DNA of 64,000 nt, taken from the IMG/VR virus record IMGVR_UViG_2595698964_000001, positions 32,001 to 96,000 of that record, one strand, 5' to 3'. This stretch comes from a virus (lineage: Duplodnaviria > Caudoviricetes). The notes beneath the pieces were generated by a model. The model was given only the letters and a program-made list of their open reading frames with translations. It ran no database searches and was not told the origin of the DNA. Shown one piece after another: positions 8,955-17,880 of the stretch; position 1 is the first letter of the stretch; every line of letters starts with the position of its first letter. A program made the translations under genes and the position numbers.

Positions 8955-9064
8955 ATGCGTAAAACGAAGAGAGTCATATGACTCTCTTTTTCTTTTATAA
9001 ACTTATTCAAAGAGAAGCTATTGGAGATTGTTGTTATAAATACATTAAAGGCGGTGTATCATAA

Positions 9065-9634
9065 ATGACAGTTATCATTAAGAACAACGTTAACGGACTT
9101 ACAAAAGAAATTGAAAACGACATACAAACTATGATGCTAGCGGTTGACTATTTTGTATGTTCTCTATATACTGGTGGGAGCTTTGATGAGGTTAACGATT
9201 TTTCAATAATAGATGGCGGTGCTGAGAGAAAGTTAGCTGACGACGTAGATTTTGTAAAAGAGTACAAGGAGTATGTAAAGCGGTTACCAGAACGGAATAT
9301 ACAAACACACTCGTTGAGAAAGCTGGAAACTCAAACCAACGACTTGGTCACAGGATTCGTGAAAACCGTTACCTTCGTCTCAACAACTTACTTGAGTGAC
9401 GATGAGAAAAAAGCTGTAAACAGTGTCCTTAAAAATAGACTACAAGACCTTCAAAATTATCAACAACTAAAAACGGAGGCTGTGCGGAGGGTTACCGAAC
9501 TAAATTCAAAACAAAGTGGATTGATACAGGCCATTCAATATGTAGGTAGTAACATGTCAGACTCAACTTTTCGGGATGCGGTAGTTGATGCGGTCGTAGC
9601 TAAATTTATAGAAGCGACTAAAAATCAACAATAA
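9065..9634 (+). CDS. Hypothetical protein
   Basis: 189-aa ORF with AAGGCGGTG RBS. Confidence 0.75.
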   Translation: MTVIIKNNVNGLTKEIENDIQTMMLAVDYFVCSLYTGGSFDEVNDFSIIDGGAERKLADDVDFVKEYKEYVKRLPERNIQTHSLRKLETQTNDLVTGFVKTVTFVSTTYLSDDEKKAVNSVLKNRLQDLQNYQQLKTEAVRRVTELNSKQSGLIQAIQYVGSNMSDSTFRDAVVDAVVAKFIEATKNQQ

Positions 9635-9685
9635 TGTTTATTTGTTACAAGGATAATACGCTTGTGCGCCGAATAACATGGTATG

Positions 9686-9722
9686 GACATAACTACTCCG
9701 TATACAAAGAAATGGGGTGGTT
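9686..9722 (+). promoter_or_regulatory. RBS-sequestering leader hairpin and target site of the candidate sRNA
   Basis: 9691-9701 AACTACTCCGT pairs with 9712-9722 ATGGGGTGGTT (11 bp, 3 G-U), covering the GGGGTGG SD. Confidence 0.6.
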
Positions 9723-9724
9723 TA

Positions 9725-10057
9725 TTGAAGAGTAAGAAAGCGAAAATACTTCTTGGTTGTCTCGCTGTTGTTGCTTGTTACATCTTTTATGCTACCGTTA
9801 CTTTCGAAAAGAGAGACGCAGAACGCGTCGCAAAAGAATTTATTGAAGATCGTCTTTATGCTCCTAGTACGATAGAGTACATTGGAGACCCAGCCGTAAC
9901 AAAAATAAAGAAACACACTTACAGAGTCGAGGGAGAATTTGACGCTCAAAACAAGTTCGGAGCTACTATGCGAGGGAGTTATGACCTAGAGATTACTCTT
10001 GACAAAAAGGAAAACGAGTGGACATTACTCTACATCAATATTTTGGATCGACAATAA
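9725..10057 (+). CDS. Membrane-anchored extracytoplasmic protein
   Basis: TTG start after GGGGTGG (alternative in-frame ATG at 9683 lacks an SD); basic N-terminus, one TM helix, then an APST...VDAQN-FGA-like domain. Confidence 0.75.
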   Translation: MKSKKAKILLGCLAVVACYIFYATVTFEKRDAERVAKEFIEDRLYAPSTIEYIGDPAVTKIKKHTYRVEGEFDAQNKFGATMRGSYDLEITLDKKENEWTLLYINILDRQ

Positions 10058-10063
10058 ACATAC

Positions 10064-10092
10064 TTGTAAACTGAGTCTCTTTCGGTTATACT
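10064..10092 (+). promoter_or_regulatory. sigmaA-type promoter
   Basis: TTGTAA-N17-TATACT. Confidence 0.6.
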
Positions 10093-10115
10093 AAAGAGGA
10101 ACTAATAACTGGAAG

Positions 10116-10301
10116 GTGGACAAATTTATGAAAAACGCGAATGAATTCGAGAGCTTTTTGGAGGATGTCTTGCTCGAGAGTGACAAAATTGACTCAGTGG
10201 GGACTTTTGATGACGAGAGAATTAGTAGTAAACACAACGGTCTGGTAGTCGTATTTGAAGATGGCGTTGAATATAAAATAACCATAGAAAGACATAAATA
10301 G
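10116..10301 (+). CDS. Small acidic hypothetical protein
   Basis: Lies between a promoter and the terminator at 10312-10340. Confidence 0.7.
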   Translation: MDKFMKNANEFESFLEDVLLESDKIDSVGTFDDERISSKHNGLVVVFEDGVEYKITIERHK

Positions 10302-10401
10302 TTTAACTTTGAAGAAGTCCTCCGGGACTTCTTTTTTATTGCGTAAGCGTAAACTTTGAATAACTGGACTTTATTTGTTAAAACCAAAAGGAGGGGTTAC
10401 A

Positions 10402-11031
10402 ATGGCGTTGAAAGAACAACATGATTTGTTAGAACGTTTCCTTGACCCTGTTCTAGGTGTAAAAGGAGAGGCGAAGACACTGCTGGCGTTTGTTGGGTAT
10501 AAGAAGGAGCTTTCTGAAAGAGCTTTTCTAGTTACAGAGTTCGATACGAAATATGTAAATGGTAACGACGTAATTGTTATTGGATTAGAAAAAGGTTCAG
10601 AAAAACTCTTTGCTTGGAAGAATGTAGACGGTGTAGGAAGTAAAACAGTAAGAACATCAAAAACAGTTAGAAAGTGGTTAAACAGCGTAATATCTGATCC
10701 GTTTAGTGAGGTTGTTATCTATGTTGTTGTCTCAAACGTGACCTACAACGAATATCAAAATATGATGACTCCTCGCAAAGTTGAATATGAGTTACTCCAA
10801 AATCGGGATTCGCCGCGCATTGACGCTTTATTAAAGATCATTGATTATCGTGTACAAATAAAGAGACTCCAAGAGCGAGTTGATAGAGCTCTCGACGAGC
10901 GGGATGAGACTAAGTTTAAAGCTGTTGCGGAAGAGCTAAGGTTATTTGAAGAAAGTATACCTAATCATGTAAGGGACGAAGTTTTCAACATAAAAGGGGT
11001 GAAAAGAAAAGTTGAAACGACGAAACATTGA
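10402..11031 (+). CDS. Protein with a C-terminal IDEAL-like domain
   Basis: RVDRALDERDETKFKAVAEEL resembles the IDEAL motif; GGAGGGG RBS. Confidence 0.65.
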   Translation: MALKEQHDLLERFLDPVLGVKGEAKTLLAFVGYKKELSERAFLVTEFDTKYVNGNDVIVIGLEKGSEKLFAWKNVDGVGSKTVRTSKTVRKWLNSVISDPFSEVVIYVVVSNVTYNEYQNMMTPRKVEYELLQNRDSPRIDALLKIIDYRVQIKRLQERVDRALDERDETKFKAVAEELRLFEESIPNHVRDEVFNIKGVKRKVETTKH

Positions 11032-11206
11032 GGTTACGTATGTTTACGAGGAAAACGGGAGAGAGGTTTACAAAAACACTCTCACTTTAAAAAGGATTCT
11101 TAAGGGCGAGGACTTAACAGCCGGGATGTGTTTTAAAAAGAAGAGACCAAGACTTAGCAGAGGTGTAAACAATGTGGAAAGAAAAACAAGTGCAGGTAGT
11201 AACTGA
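11012..11206 (+). CDS. Hypothetical protein
   Basis: Fills the gap between neighbours; weak RBS. Confidence 0.45.
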   Translation: MKRRNIEVTYVYEENGREVYKNTLTLKRILKGEDLTAGMCFKKKRPRLSRGVNNVERKTSAGSN

Positions 11207-11618
11207 AACCACTGACAAATTCAATGTTAGATATGTAGAGGAAGAATCTGGTTGTAAGTGTTTAACAATTTTAGACAACAAGGCGGAGCTAAATAAATTA
11301 CTATCTGACTTTAGGGACAGAAAAACAATAGCAGTAGTCACCAAGGACTATTTTACGGGACGCAAGTCTAGAGAGATGGTCAAAGTCACTTCAGTAAAAG
11401 TGTCGAGAGTTAGCTCTGTCAAGTCAATTGCAACACGTAAGATGATGCTTCCAGCTTATTTTAAAGAAGATGGATTAAAGATAGACGCTAAAAATGTAGA
11501 CCTCGTTGAGTACTTAGTATCATTCGCTATGGCTATGGATCATCTTATGGGAAGAGGACTCCAGACAGACATGGACAAGTTAATTAAAACGATTGAAGAA
11601 GCGTTTATTCATTTTTAG
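11172..11618 (+). CDS. Hypothetical protein
   Basis: GAGGTG RBS; followed by a terminator at 11632-11660. Confidence 0.7.
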   Translation: MWKEKQVQVVTETTDKFNVRYVEEESGCKCLTILDNKAELNKLLSDFRDRKTIAVVTKDYFTGRKSREMVKVTSVKVSRVSSVKSIATRKMMLPAYFKEDGLKIDAKNVDLVEYLVSFAMAMDHLMGRGLQTDMDKLIKTIEEAFIHF

Positions 11619-11671
11619 AGATATGCTACATTAAAGGGTACTGGAAACAGTGCTCTTTTACATTATTCTTC

Positions 11672-11700
11672 TTGACTTCGGTCTAAAGATATAATACAAT
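11672..11700 (+). promoter_or_regulatory. sigmaA-type promoter
   Basis: TTGACT-N17-TACAAT. Confidence 0.65.
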
Positions 11701-11735
11701 AGACCTGAGTAAAAATACACTTGGGAGATGATACT

Positions 11736-12233
11736 ATGTTATTAACATGCGACTATGCGAGAGCGATCATTCAAAATACAGAAGGGCAACTACTCGTAGG
11801 CTTACGTAAAAACAACTTGAGCGTGCCACTCTGGGAGTTCCCGGGAGTAATGCTAAACAGCGCTATTGACCTCAAAACGCCTATTCAAACAATAGTCATA
11901 CAAGAAATCCTTGGAGTTCAAGACGGTGATAGAGTCAGTGTTAAGGTTAACCCTACATATCATAACATCATTGAACACTCTATTGAAGATAGCAACGCGA
12001 CGATTATGATGTCAACTAGCTTCTACAGCTGCTTTGTAACGACAGAGTTTGAGAATGCTATCGAGTCTGAAACATACAAAACACTCATTTGGATAGACAA
12101 ATCCGATGTGTCTTCGTTAAACTTTACTAAACCTCATGATAGTACGTTATTTAAAATCCTAAACAAAGCGCTAACTGTTAAGGACTTGAATAAACTAACG
12201 GAGGATGACAAATGGACAATAAAGCAAATATAG
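11736..12233 (+). CDS. Nudix-fold (MutT-like) protein with a degenerate Nudix box
   Basis: ARAIIQNTEGQLLVGLR...LWEFPG start of the fold; the canonical REUXEE catalytic box is absent. Confidence 0.55.
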   Translation: MLLTCDYARAIIQNTEGQLLVGLRKNNLSVPLWEFPGVMLNSAIDLKTPIQTIVIQEILGVQDGDRVSVKVNPTYHNIIEHSIEDSNATIMMSTSFYSCFVTTEFENAIESETYKTLIWIDKSDVSSLNFTKPHDSTLFKILNKALTVKDLNKLTEDDKWTIKQI

Positions 12234-12337
12234 TCTCACCTAAGACTATTCGGCTTGTCGATTTCAAAACAAGAGAAGTTAAAATTGTAACACTTTCAAT
12301 TGAATCTCAAAAGTATTTAGCAGAGCTCCGTGAATAG
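12212..12337 (+). CDS. Small hypothetical protein (41 aa, not in the ORF track)
   Basis: GGAGG RBS; MDNKANIVSPK...AELRE*; overlaps a terminator hairpin. Confidence 0.55.
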   Translation: MDNKANIVSPKTIRLVDFKTREVKIVTLSIESQKYLAELRE

Positions 12338-12498
12338 AGGGGCTCTGCTTTTGTTTTACGCGGTCTTTTTATCTCTTAGTATATTTACTTTCTTCGCGCA
12401 AATAACAGTCTATAATCGAGACAACAGCGTGTAATTTGGAGCGAACTTTTTATGACTTCCCTTTATTCTTATAGATTCGAAAATAAGGAGGAAAAAAG

Positions 12499-13188
12499 AT
12501 GAATATTCCAAGAGATGCAAGGAAAGCAGATTTATATGATTATGTAGAAACTTTGCGTGATGGAGCTATAGTAAGTCTAAACGAAAAGTACAAAAAGAAA
12601 GTAACCGAACTCGGTTTAGTAGACGACTTTAAAAATTTGTTTAAACCAGCATTTGATGAACTGTCTGAAGCTATCCGAAAAATGAGCAATGCTTACTCAA
12701 AAGTTGAAGGGTTTAACATGAGAAGTCACGGATCAGTGTTAAACTGGAGTTTAAGCGGTTCGCTAGATAGGGTTAGATACCACTCTCAATCTGAGTCTGA
12801 CACACTAAAGTCAGCTATGAGAATGGTAGAGTCTATTATCAACAGTATGGATGAAATCGTGGTTGACAGAATTATAGATGTCTTACCGCAAGAACTTCTC
12901 GAAAAGGTGAAGACATATAATAACTTCGCAGTAGAATACAAGAAAGAGCAAGACGAACTCATTGAAGTTTATAGAAAGCTAAACTTAATCATTAAAAACG
13001 CTACGCGGGGCTCAGACGCTTGGAAAGCTCTTGAACAAACCAAGTTAAACCTTGCGCCGTTGCGTATGAAACTCGCAAAAGGTAACCAGATTTCCTCTGT
13101 ACCCAGCACAGTAATCAAAAACATCGAGCTTTTAAACAGCGTGGCTCTAGACACTGAGGAGACTAATGACGAAGATGTTCAAAAGTAA
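12499..13188 (+). CDS. Hypothetical helical protein
   Basis: AAGGAGG RBS; 229 aa. Confidence 0.8.
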   Translation: MNIPRDARKADLYDYVETLRDGAIVSLNEKYKKKVTELGLVDDFKNLFKPAFDELSEAIRKMSNAYSKVEGFNMRSHGSVLNWSLSGSLDRVRYHSQSESDTLKSAMRMVESIINSMDEIVVDRIIDVLPQELLEKVKTYNNFAVEYKKEQDELIEVYRKLNLIIKNATRGSDAWKALEQTKLNLAPLRMKLAKGNQISSVPSTVIKNIELLNSVALDTEETNDEDVQK

Positions 13189-13468
13189 ACGAGTCCGCGA
13201 GCTAGAATACAAGGTTTCTGTACTCTCTGAAGAGAACAAGCGTATAAAGAAATTAGAAAGACGTATCAAAGACCTCGAGAAGGAACTTGAAGAGATTAAC
13301 AGATCTGATTGGTATTACGCGGTAGTACACGAACACTATAGCACTAACACTATTGTTTATATCGGCTGTAGTTACAAAGACGCTTATCAAATCTACATGG
13401 AAGACAAAAATCACCAGTTGCTAACCTACAACCAAGAAAAGCTTATTAAAACAGAATCTCATTTCTAA
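13166..13468 (+). CDS. Hypothetical coiled-coil protein
   Basis: GAGGAG RBS; heptad-rich N-terminus. Confidence 0.7.
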   Translation: MTKMFKSKRVRELEYKVSVLSEENKRIKKLERRIKDLEKELEEINRSDWYYAVVHEHYSTNTIVYIGCSYKDAYQIYMEDKNHQLLTYNQEKLIKTESHF

Positions 13469-13479
13469 AGGAGTCCGAA

Positions 13480-13962
13480 ATGTCTAAAATTACTATCAAT
13501 CCTATTACAGTAAAACTTAAGCCGGAAGCCATTAGAGCTTCTGCGGTTGCCGACCTTATTTTTGTCCGACTCAATCAAGGAAAAGGACTAGTTTATTACC
13601 ATCCAAAGTCCCGAATTAGAGTTTCAAGTATTGACCCCGGGAGTTACGTTACTAGGGAAGAGGTACTTGAAAATGAAAGACACTGCAAGGTGTTACGTGT
13701 AAATGAAGATGGTTCTGTATTTGGGTCCAATTTTCTTATACCTCCTGCTGAAGGCGGTAATACACTAGACCCTGAGGAACTAACTAAGGAGATTACTTCT
13801 GCAATACGTAAACTCCAGTTAGAAATTGATATTCTCAAAGCTTCTACTAGTCGACGAGATATGACTTACAGAGAACTACAAAAGCTGACTGAACTTCAAT
13901 CTGAGGTTAATGATCTGATGATCCAAAGAGATGCTATGCTGTTTGGAGTTGGTAATGTATGA
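13480..13962 (+). CDS. Hypothetical protein
   Basis: AAGGAG RBS. Confidence 0.75.
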   Translation: MSKITINPITVKLKPEAIRASAVADLIFVRLNQGKGLVYYHPKSRIRVSSIDPGSYVTREEVLENERHCKVLRVNEDGSVFGSNFLIPPAEGGNTLDPEELTKEITSAIRKLQLEIDILKASTSRRDMTYRELQKLTELQSEVNDLMIQRDAMLFGVGNV

Positions 13963-14270
13963 GGCATCTCGATAAAGAAGAAGTATACACCAAAGACGGG
14001 TCATTTAATACGCGTTGTTTAAAACCCGGACAGTTTGTAGACTACGCTGAGGGTAACGCTCCCGGAGATGATTTGTTTGTTTTTGAGTTCGCAAGTCAGA
14101 GAATAAAATCAGAAGGTCTACGTCATGACGGTGTGTTCTTCCGCGGTGTAATTATAGCAGTTAACAAAGATATAATAAGGGTGTCGGGTGTCTCAGCGTT
14201 TGGTGATGAAGGGACAATGTATTTATCTCCTATGAAGTGTAAGGATTACCTTACAGTTTACAAAATATAA
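13959..14270 (+). CDS. Hypothetical protein
   Basis: ATGA overlap with the upstream stop. Confidence 0.7.
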   Translation: MRHLDKEEVYTKDGSFNTRCLKPGQFVDYAEGNAPGDDLFVFEFASQRIKSEGLRHDGVFFRGVIIAVNKDIIRVSGVSAFGDEGTMYLSPMKCKDYLTVYKI

Positions 14271-14281
14271 GGAGGACTAAC

Positions 14282-14425
14282 ATGGAAGAACTCTCAAAAG
14301 GTAGTGGTTCTGTGTACGGGACTGGAGACCTTATTGGAAAAATCCAAATAGACAACGAAGGTAAAACTATAAAGAAAGCTTCTGAATCCGATAATTCTAA
14401 GAAGGACGAAGATGAAAACGAATAA
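14282..14425 (+). CDS. Small hypothetical protein (47 aa, not in the ORF track)
   Basis: AAGGAGG RBS; MEELSKGSGS...DENE*; followed by a GAGAGTGAC hairpin terminator. Confidence 0.7.
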   Translation: MEELSKGSGSVYGTGDLIGKIQIDNEGKTIKKASESDNSKKDEDENE

Positions 14426-14518
14426 TCTTAACGGAGAGTGACTATGACGGTCACTCTCTTTATTTTTAAAATCTTTTAGGACACTTGTTAAGATTGTAGA
14501 TTAAGGATGGTGGTAATC

Positions 14519-14758
14519 TTGGAACAGACTGAACTTGGTCTGATTGTGAGATCAGAAGTAATACGCCGAGGGTTTTGTTGGAAACACAAATTTTGCTCTT
14601 TTTGCGGTAGGGAGATAACTAAACTAAACTTAAAAAAGGGTTGTCTAATACAAGGACTCCACTTTTTACATACATTAGACAACGGCGTTCAGATAAGACA
14701 GTGTTATCAAAAAAGCGCTTGTTTGCGTAGAAGGAAGGAAGCTAAGAATGAAAAATAA
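14519..14758 (+). CDS. Small Cys-rich (zinc-finger-like) protein
   Basis: CSFC ... CYQKSAC; TTG start after GGTGG. Confidence 0.5.
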   Translation: MEQTELGLIVRSEVIRRGFCWKHKFCSFCGREITKLNLKKGCLIQGLHFLHTLDNGVQIRQCYQKSACLRRRKEAKNEK

Positions 14759-15056
14759 AAGAAATGTAAAATATGTACCTCCGTTGCTCCTACCTGTTCT
14801 TTGGGTGGTAATCGGTGTAGAGTGTGTAATACGGTTTTTTATGTGGCTAATTGGCTTTTGGAGATGTTCAGAATGTAAGGAACGCTACTTCATATATGAC
14901 GAAAGGAGGGCGATCATTGTATCTGACGTTGTATCAAAACTTGTAAAGCACGAAATAAAACAGTTTAGAGTCCTTAAACGTCGTAAAGTGTGCGTAAAAT
15001 GTCATATCAAACTTAAAGAGGAACAGCAACAACAGTTAAAGGGGGAGACTTCATAA
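14748..15056 (+). CDS. Membrane protein with a zinc-finger motif
   Basis: Hydrophobic N-terminal segment; CSEC...CVKC. Confidence 0.65.
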   Translation: MKNKRNVKYVPPLLLPVLWVVIGVECVIRFFMWLIGFWRCSECKERYFIYDERRAIIVSDVVSKLVKHEIKQFRVLKRRKVCVKCHIKLKEEQQQQLKGETS

Positions 15057-15193
15057 TGACTGAGTGTGTAATCTGTAAACGTAAGCTTAAAGACCACGAG
15101 TATGAACTTTGTACGCCTTGTGCTGAGAAATACGGAACAGGAGAGGATGAACCCGTAATTGGTAAGTTCAGAAAAAGGGCGATGGAGAGATGA
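15056..15193 (+). CDS. Small zinc-finger protein (45 aa, not in the ORF track)
   Basis: MTECVICKRK...LCTPCAEK; GGGGGAG RBS; TAATG overlap. Confidence 0.65.
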   Translation: MTECVICKRKLKDHEYELCTPCAEKYGTGEDEPVIGKFRKRAMER

Positions 15194-15336
15194 ATCAACA
15201 AGAGTATACCGATTACGTTTATTCACAAACTAGAGTCTTAGTTGAGAAAAAGATTAATGGTAGACTCAATGCGCAACAGTACGTTAAGTTCGCATCAAAG
15301 CTATGTGACTGGTTAGACCAATTTAAAGGCGTATAG
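15190..15336 (+). CDS. Small hypothetical protein (48 aa, not in the ORF track)
   Basis: ATGA overlap; MNQQEYTDY...FKGV*. Confidence 0.55.
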   Translation: MNQQEYTDYVYSQTRVLVEKKINGRLNAQQYVKFASKLCDWLDQFKGV

Positions 15337-15366
15337 AAAGGTTTTAGTAGAGGGGAGGGGATATAG

Positions 15367-15735
15367 GTGTTAAATGGTACTAACCACGTTAATAAAGCTA
15401 TTATACAGCTTAGAAAGAAGCTAAAACAAAGTAATGACCAAGAGGAAGTAAGGCGTAATGACGCGCTTGAAGTTATTGATATCGCAAGCGCGCAGTTCAA
15501 AGCCAACTTACTCAAAGGGAAAATTAAAATTGGAGTACCTGAATATGAGCGTCTTCAGAAACTCGGGTTGTTACTCTCTGAAAAACCAACTGAGATTATC
15601 GAGAATCGAGACACTTCAGAAGACCTTGACAATGAGACTCTTCAAAACGTTCTTGAATCTGAAGAGTTCGAAACTATCAAAGAGCAACTGTTTGCCAGTA
15701 TGAACGAACTAAACGAGGAGGGCAAAAGAAAATAA
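15367..15735 (+). CDS. Putative terminase small subunit
   Basis: Size, helical character and position two genes upstream of terL, as in Herelleviridae-like phages. Confidence 0.5.
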   Translation: MLNGTNHVNKAIIQLRKKLKQSNDQEEVRRNDALEVIDIASAQFKANLLKGKIKIGVPEYERLQKLGLLLSEKPTEIIENRDTSEDLDNETLQNVLESEEFETIKEQLFASMNELNEEGKRK

Positions 15736-15781
15736 ATAGCCCTGTTACATTCTAATTGATTGCTGAAAAGGAGGCGATACT

Positions 15782-16084
15782 ATGGAACCGCGGAAAATGA
15801 AAATTGTTGATACTAAGTATAGTGTTACTGGACCAGTAGTCACTAAGGTTGGTCCAAATAAAGTTGAGACAAAAGCTAAGATTTACTCATGTGCGCTAAT
15901 CTTAACTGATGGGACGCCACAGCCACCTACACTAGAGAACGTGATGGGTGAGACCGAGAGGCATACTGTTGTAGGACAGCACATCGTAAAGGCTGACGAG
16001 GTTAACGAAGAAGTTGCAAAAAGTGAGGCTTACAAAGCAGCACTTAACAGAGTTTATTCATATGGATTTACAGTTGTAGAGTAG
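15782..16084 (+). CDS. Hypothetical protein
   Basis: AAGGAGG RBS; terminator follows. Confidence 0.75.
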   Translation: MEPRKMKIVDTKYSVTGPVVTKVGPNKVETKAKIYSCALILTDGTPQPPTLENVMGETERHTVVGQHIVKADEVNEEVAKSEAYKAALNRVYSYGFTVVE

Positions 16085-16175
16085 ACGTGCCGTTAAGGTA
16101 CGTCTTTTCTTTTTAAAATTTTGAGTCTCTTCTGGTCTACAGTGTTGTTACAAATAATATGGGAGGTAAACGAAG

Positions 16176-17816
16176 TTGAATGACAAAAAGATGATCGAGA
16201 AACTTATAAACGCTACGCCGTCTCTTTATTGTCTAAGACACTATACAATAAAAGGAGCTCCGTTGACTTTTCACATAAAGGACAAGAATTACAAGAGGGC
16301 GGTAAAGCATAGACCTTGGCAGGAGCAGATACTTAACGATAGTCATGAAGACAAAGTGGTTCAAAAGTCTCGTCAGCTAGGATTATCAGAGTTGGCCGTC
16401 ATGGAAAACGTTTGGTTCAACGACACTAAGGGTAACGTAAAATCATTATTCACTTTCCCTAGGAACAGACAGTTACGAGACTTTGTAAAAACGCGTCTTA
16501 ACCCAGTGTTGGATTCTAATGAATACTTTAAGTCAATTGTAAATCCCCAGATGGACTCGCTAGATGTAAAGCAAATTAGAGACTCTTTTATGATGTTCCG
16601 TTCTGCTTGGGGTGGGGCTCTCGGGGAAGGTATTGATATTGACTTTCTCGGATTCGATGAGTACGACCGTATGGCAGACAACGTAGAACTCGCATTCCAA
16701 GAGTCCATGCAGTCTTCAGTGTACGGCTGGCTTCGTAGATGGTCAACACCTACTTTGCCCGGTCGAGGTGTGAACGAACAGTTTCAACACTCTGACCAAA
16801 GATTTTACATGCATAAATGCGAGAAGTGTAACCACAGACAGATTTTAAATGTTGAGGATAATATTAAACAGGTAAAGCCTAATGGAATTGACTATATTAC
16901 TGAGACTGTAGAAGATGGTACATTTGAATACGTTTGCGCCAAATGTGGTCGTCCTCTAGACAGATGGTACAACGGTGAATGGGTTGCTAAGCATCCGTCA
17001 AGAGATGGGACTAGAGGCTATCACATTTCCCAGCTTAATGCGGTTTGGATCTCGGCTGATGCTATAATGCGTCGTCAATTTAAGTACAAATCAAAACAGT
17101 TGTATTATAACTACGTAATCGGAGAACCTTATGCGGCAACAGGTTTAATCGTAACTGATGACGACATACTCTCAGCTGAAAGGTATTCAGACCCTAAAAC
17201 CTCCCGAGCTGGGTATCAAAAAGTTGTAATCGGTATTGACTGGGGTACAATTAACTGGGTGTGCGCTATCGGGATAAAAGAAGATGGTCAGACTGACTTG
17301 CTCAATACTTGGTCATTCAGAGACAACCCGGAAGTTCCATTGGAGCCTGTTCAACATATCGCTGCGATGATAAAACCATTAGACCCTGATCTTATCGTTG
17401 CTGACTACGGATATGGAGCAGACAGGAACTCACTTCTCATGCAAATATTCAAAGGTCGAGTTTGGGCTTGTAAATATCAGACTTTCAAATCAGGTTCTCA
17501 ACCAATAAACCGTTGGAATGAAACTTCCAGAATTGTAACTGTGGACAAAACGTTAACAGTACAACGTATGGTTCATACTGTAAAAGAGCGTGGAGTTGGT
17601 TTTTGGAGAATGGACGACCAACTTGCTATGTTCACAAAACATCTAAAGAACACCCGTATCATGGACGAGGAAGACGACCATGGAAACGTTTACCAAGTAG
17701 CTACGAGGGTCGGTGATGACCACTTAGCCGCGGCGTTTAACTACTGTTTGATAGGGAAAGAGAAACTTAAAAATCCTTATAAAGGTAAACCTGGGTTTGA
17801 TTTTGACTTCATTTAA
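16176..17816 (+). CDS. terL: Terminase large subunit
   Basis: KSRQLGLSE Walker A variant, FDEYD Walker B, STPT, CEKC/CAKC zinc pairs, GIDWG nuclease motif and GDDH; Herelleviridae-type. Confidence 0.93.
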   Translation: MNDKKMIEKLINATPSLYCLRHYTIKGAPLTFHIKDKNYKRAVKHRPWQEQILNDSHEDKVVQKSRQLGLSELAVMENVWFNDTKGNVKSLFTFPRNRQLRDFVKTRLNPVLDSNEYFKSIVNPQMDSLDVKQIRDSFMMFRSAWGGALGEGIDIDFLGFDEYDRMADNVELAFQESMQSSVYGWLRRWSTPTLPGRGVNEQFQHSDQRFYMHKCEKCNHRQILNVEDNIKQVKPNGIDYITETVEDGTFEYVCAKCGRPLDRWYNGEWVAKHPSRDGTRGYHISQLNAVWISADAIMRRQFKYKSKQLYYNYVIGEPYAATGLIVTDDDILSAERYSDPKTSRAGYQKVVIGIDWGTINWVCAIGIKEDGQTDLLNTWSFRDNPEVPLEPVQHIAAMIKPLDPDLIVADYGYGADRNSLLMQIFKGRVWACKYQTFKSGSQPINRWNETSRIVTVDKTLTVQRMVHTVKERGVGFWRMDDQLAMFTKHLKNTRIMDEEDDHGNVYQVATRVGDDHLAAAFNYCLIGKEKLKNPYKGKPGFDFDFI

Positions 17817-17880
17817 ACGGTGTAAACTTTCAACCTCCCTTCTTTTCTTAGGTATACGGAAAACAACGGGAGGTCTAGTT

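Noticed and set aside
9035-9042. TATAAATA resembling the T4 late promoter (also at 51012)
   Set aside because: It is an AT-rich 8-mer with few occurrences, and no gp55-like sigma factor is seen in the window.
16176-17816. Intron or intein in the terminase (also checked in the helicases and RtcB)
   Set aside because: The ORFs are continuous and of normal length, with no splicing or homing-endonuclease motifs seen.
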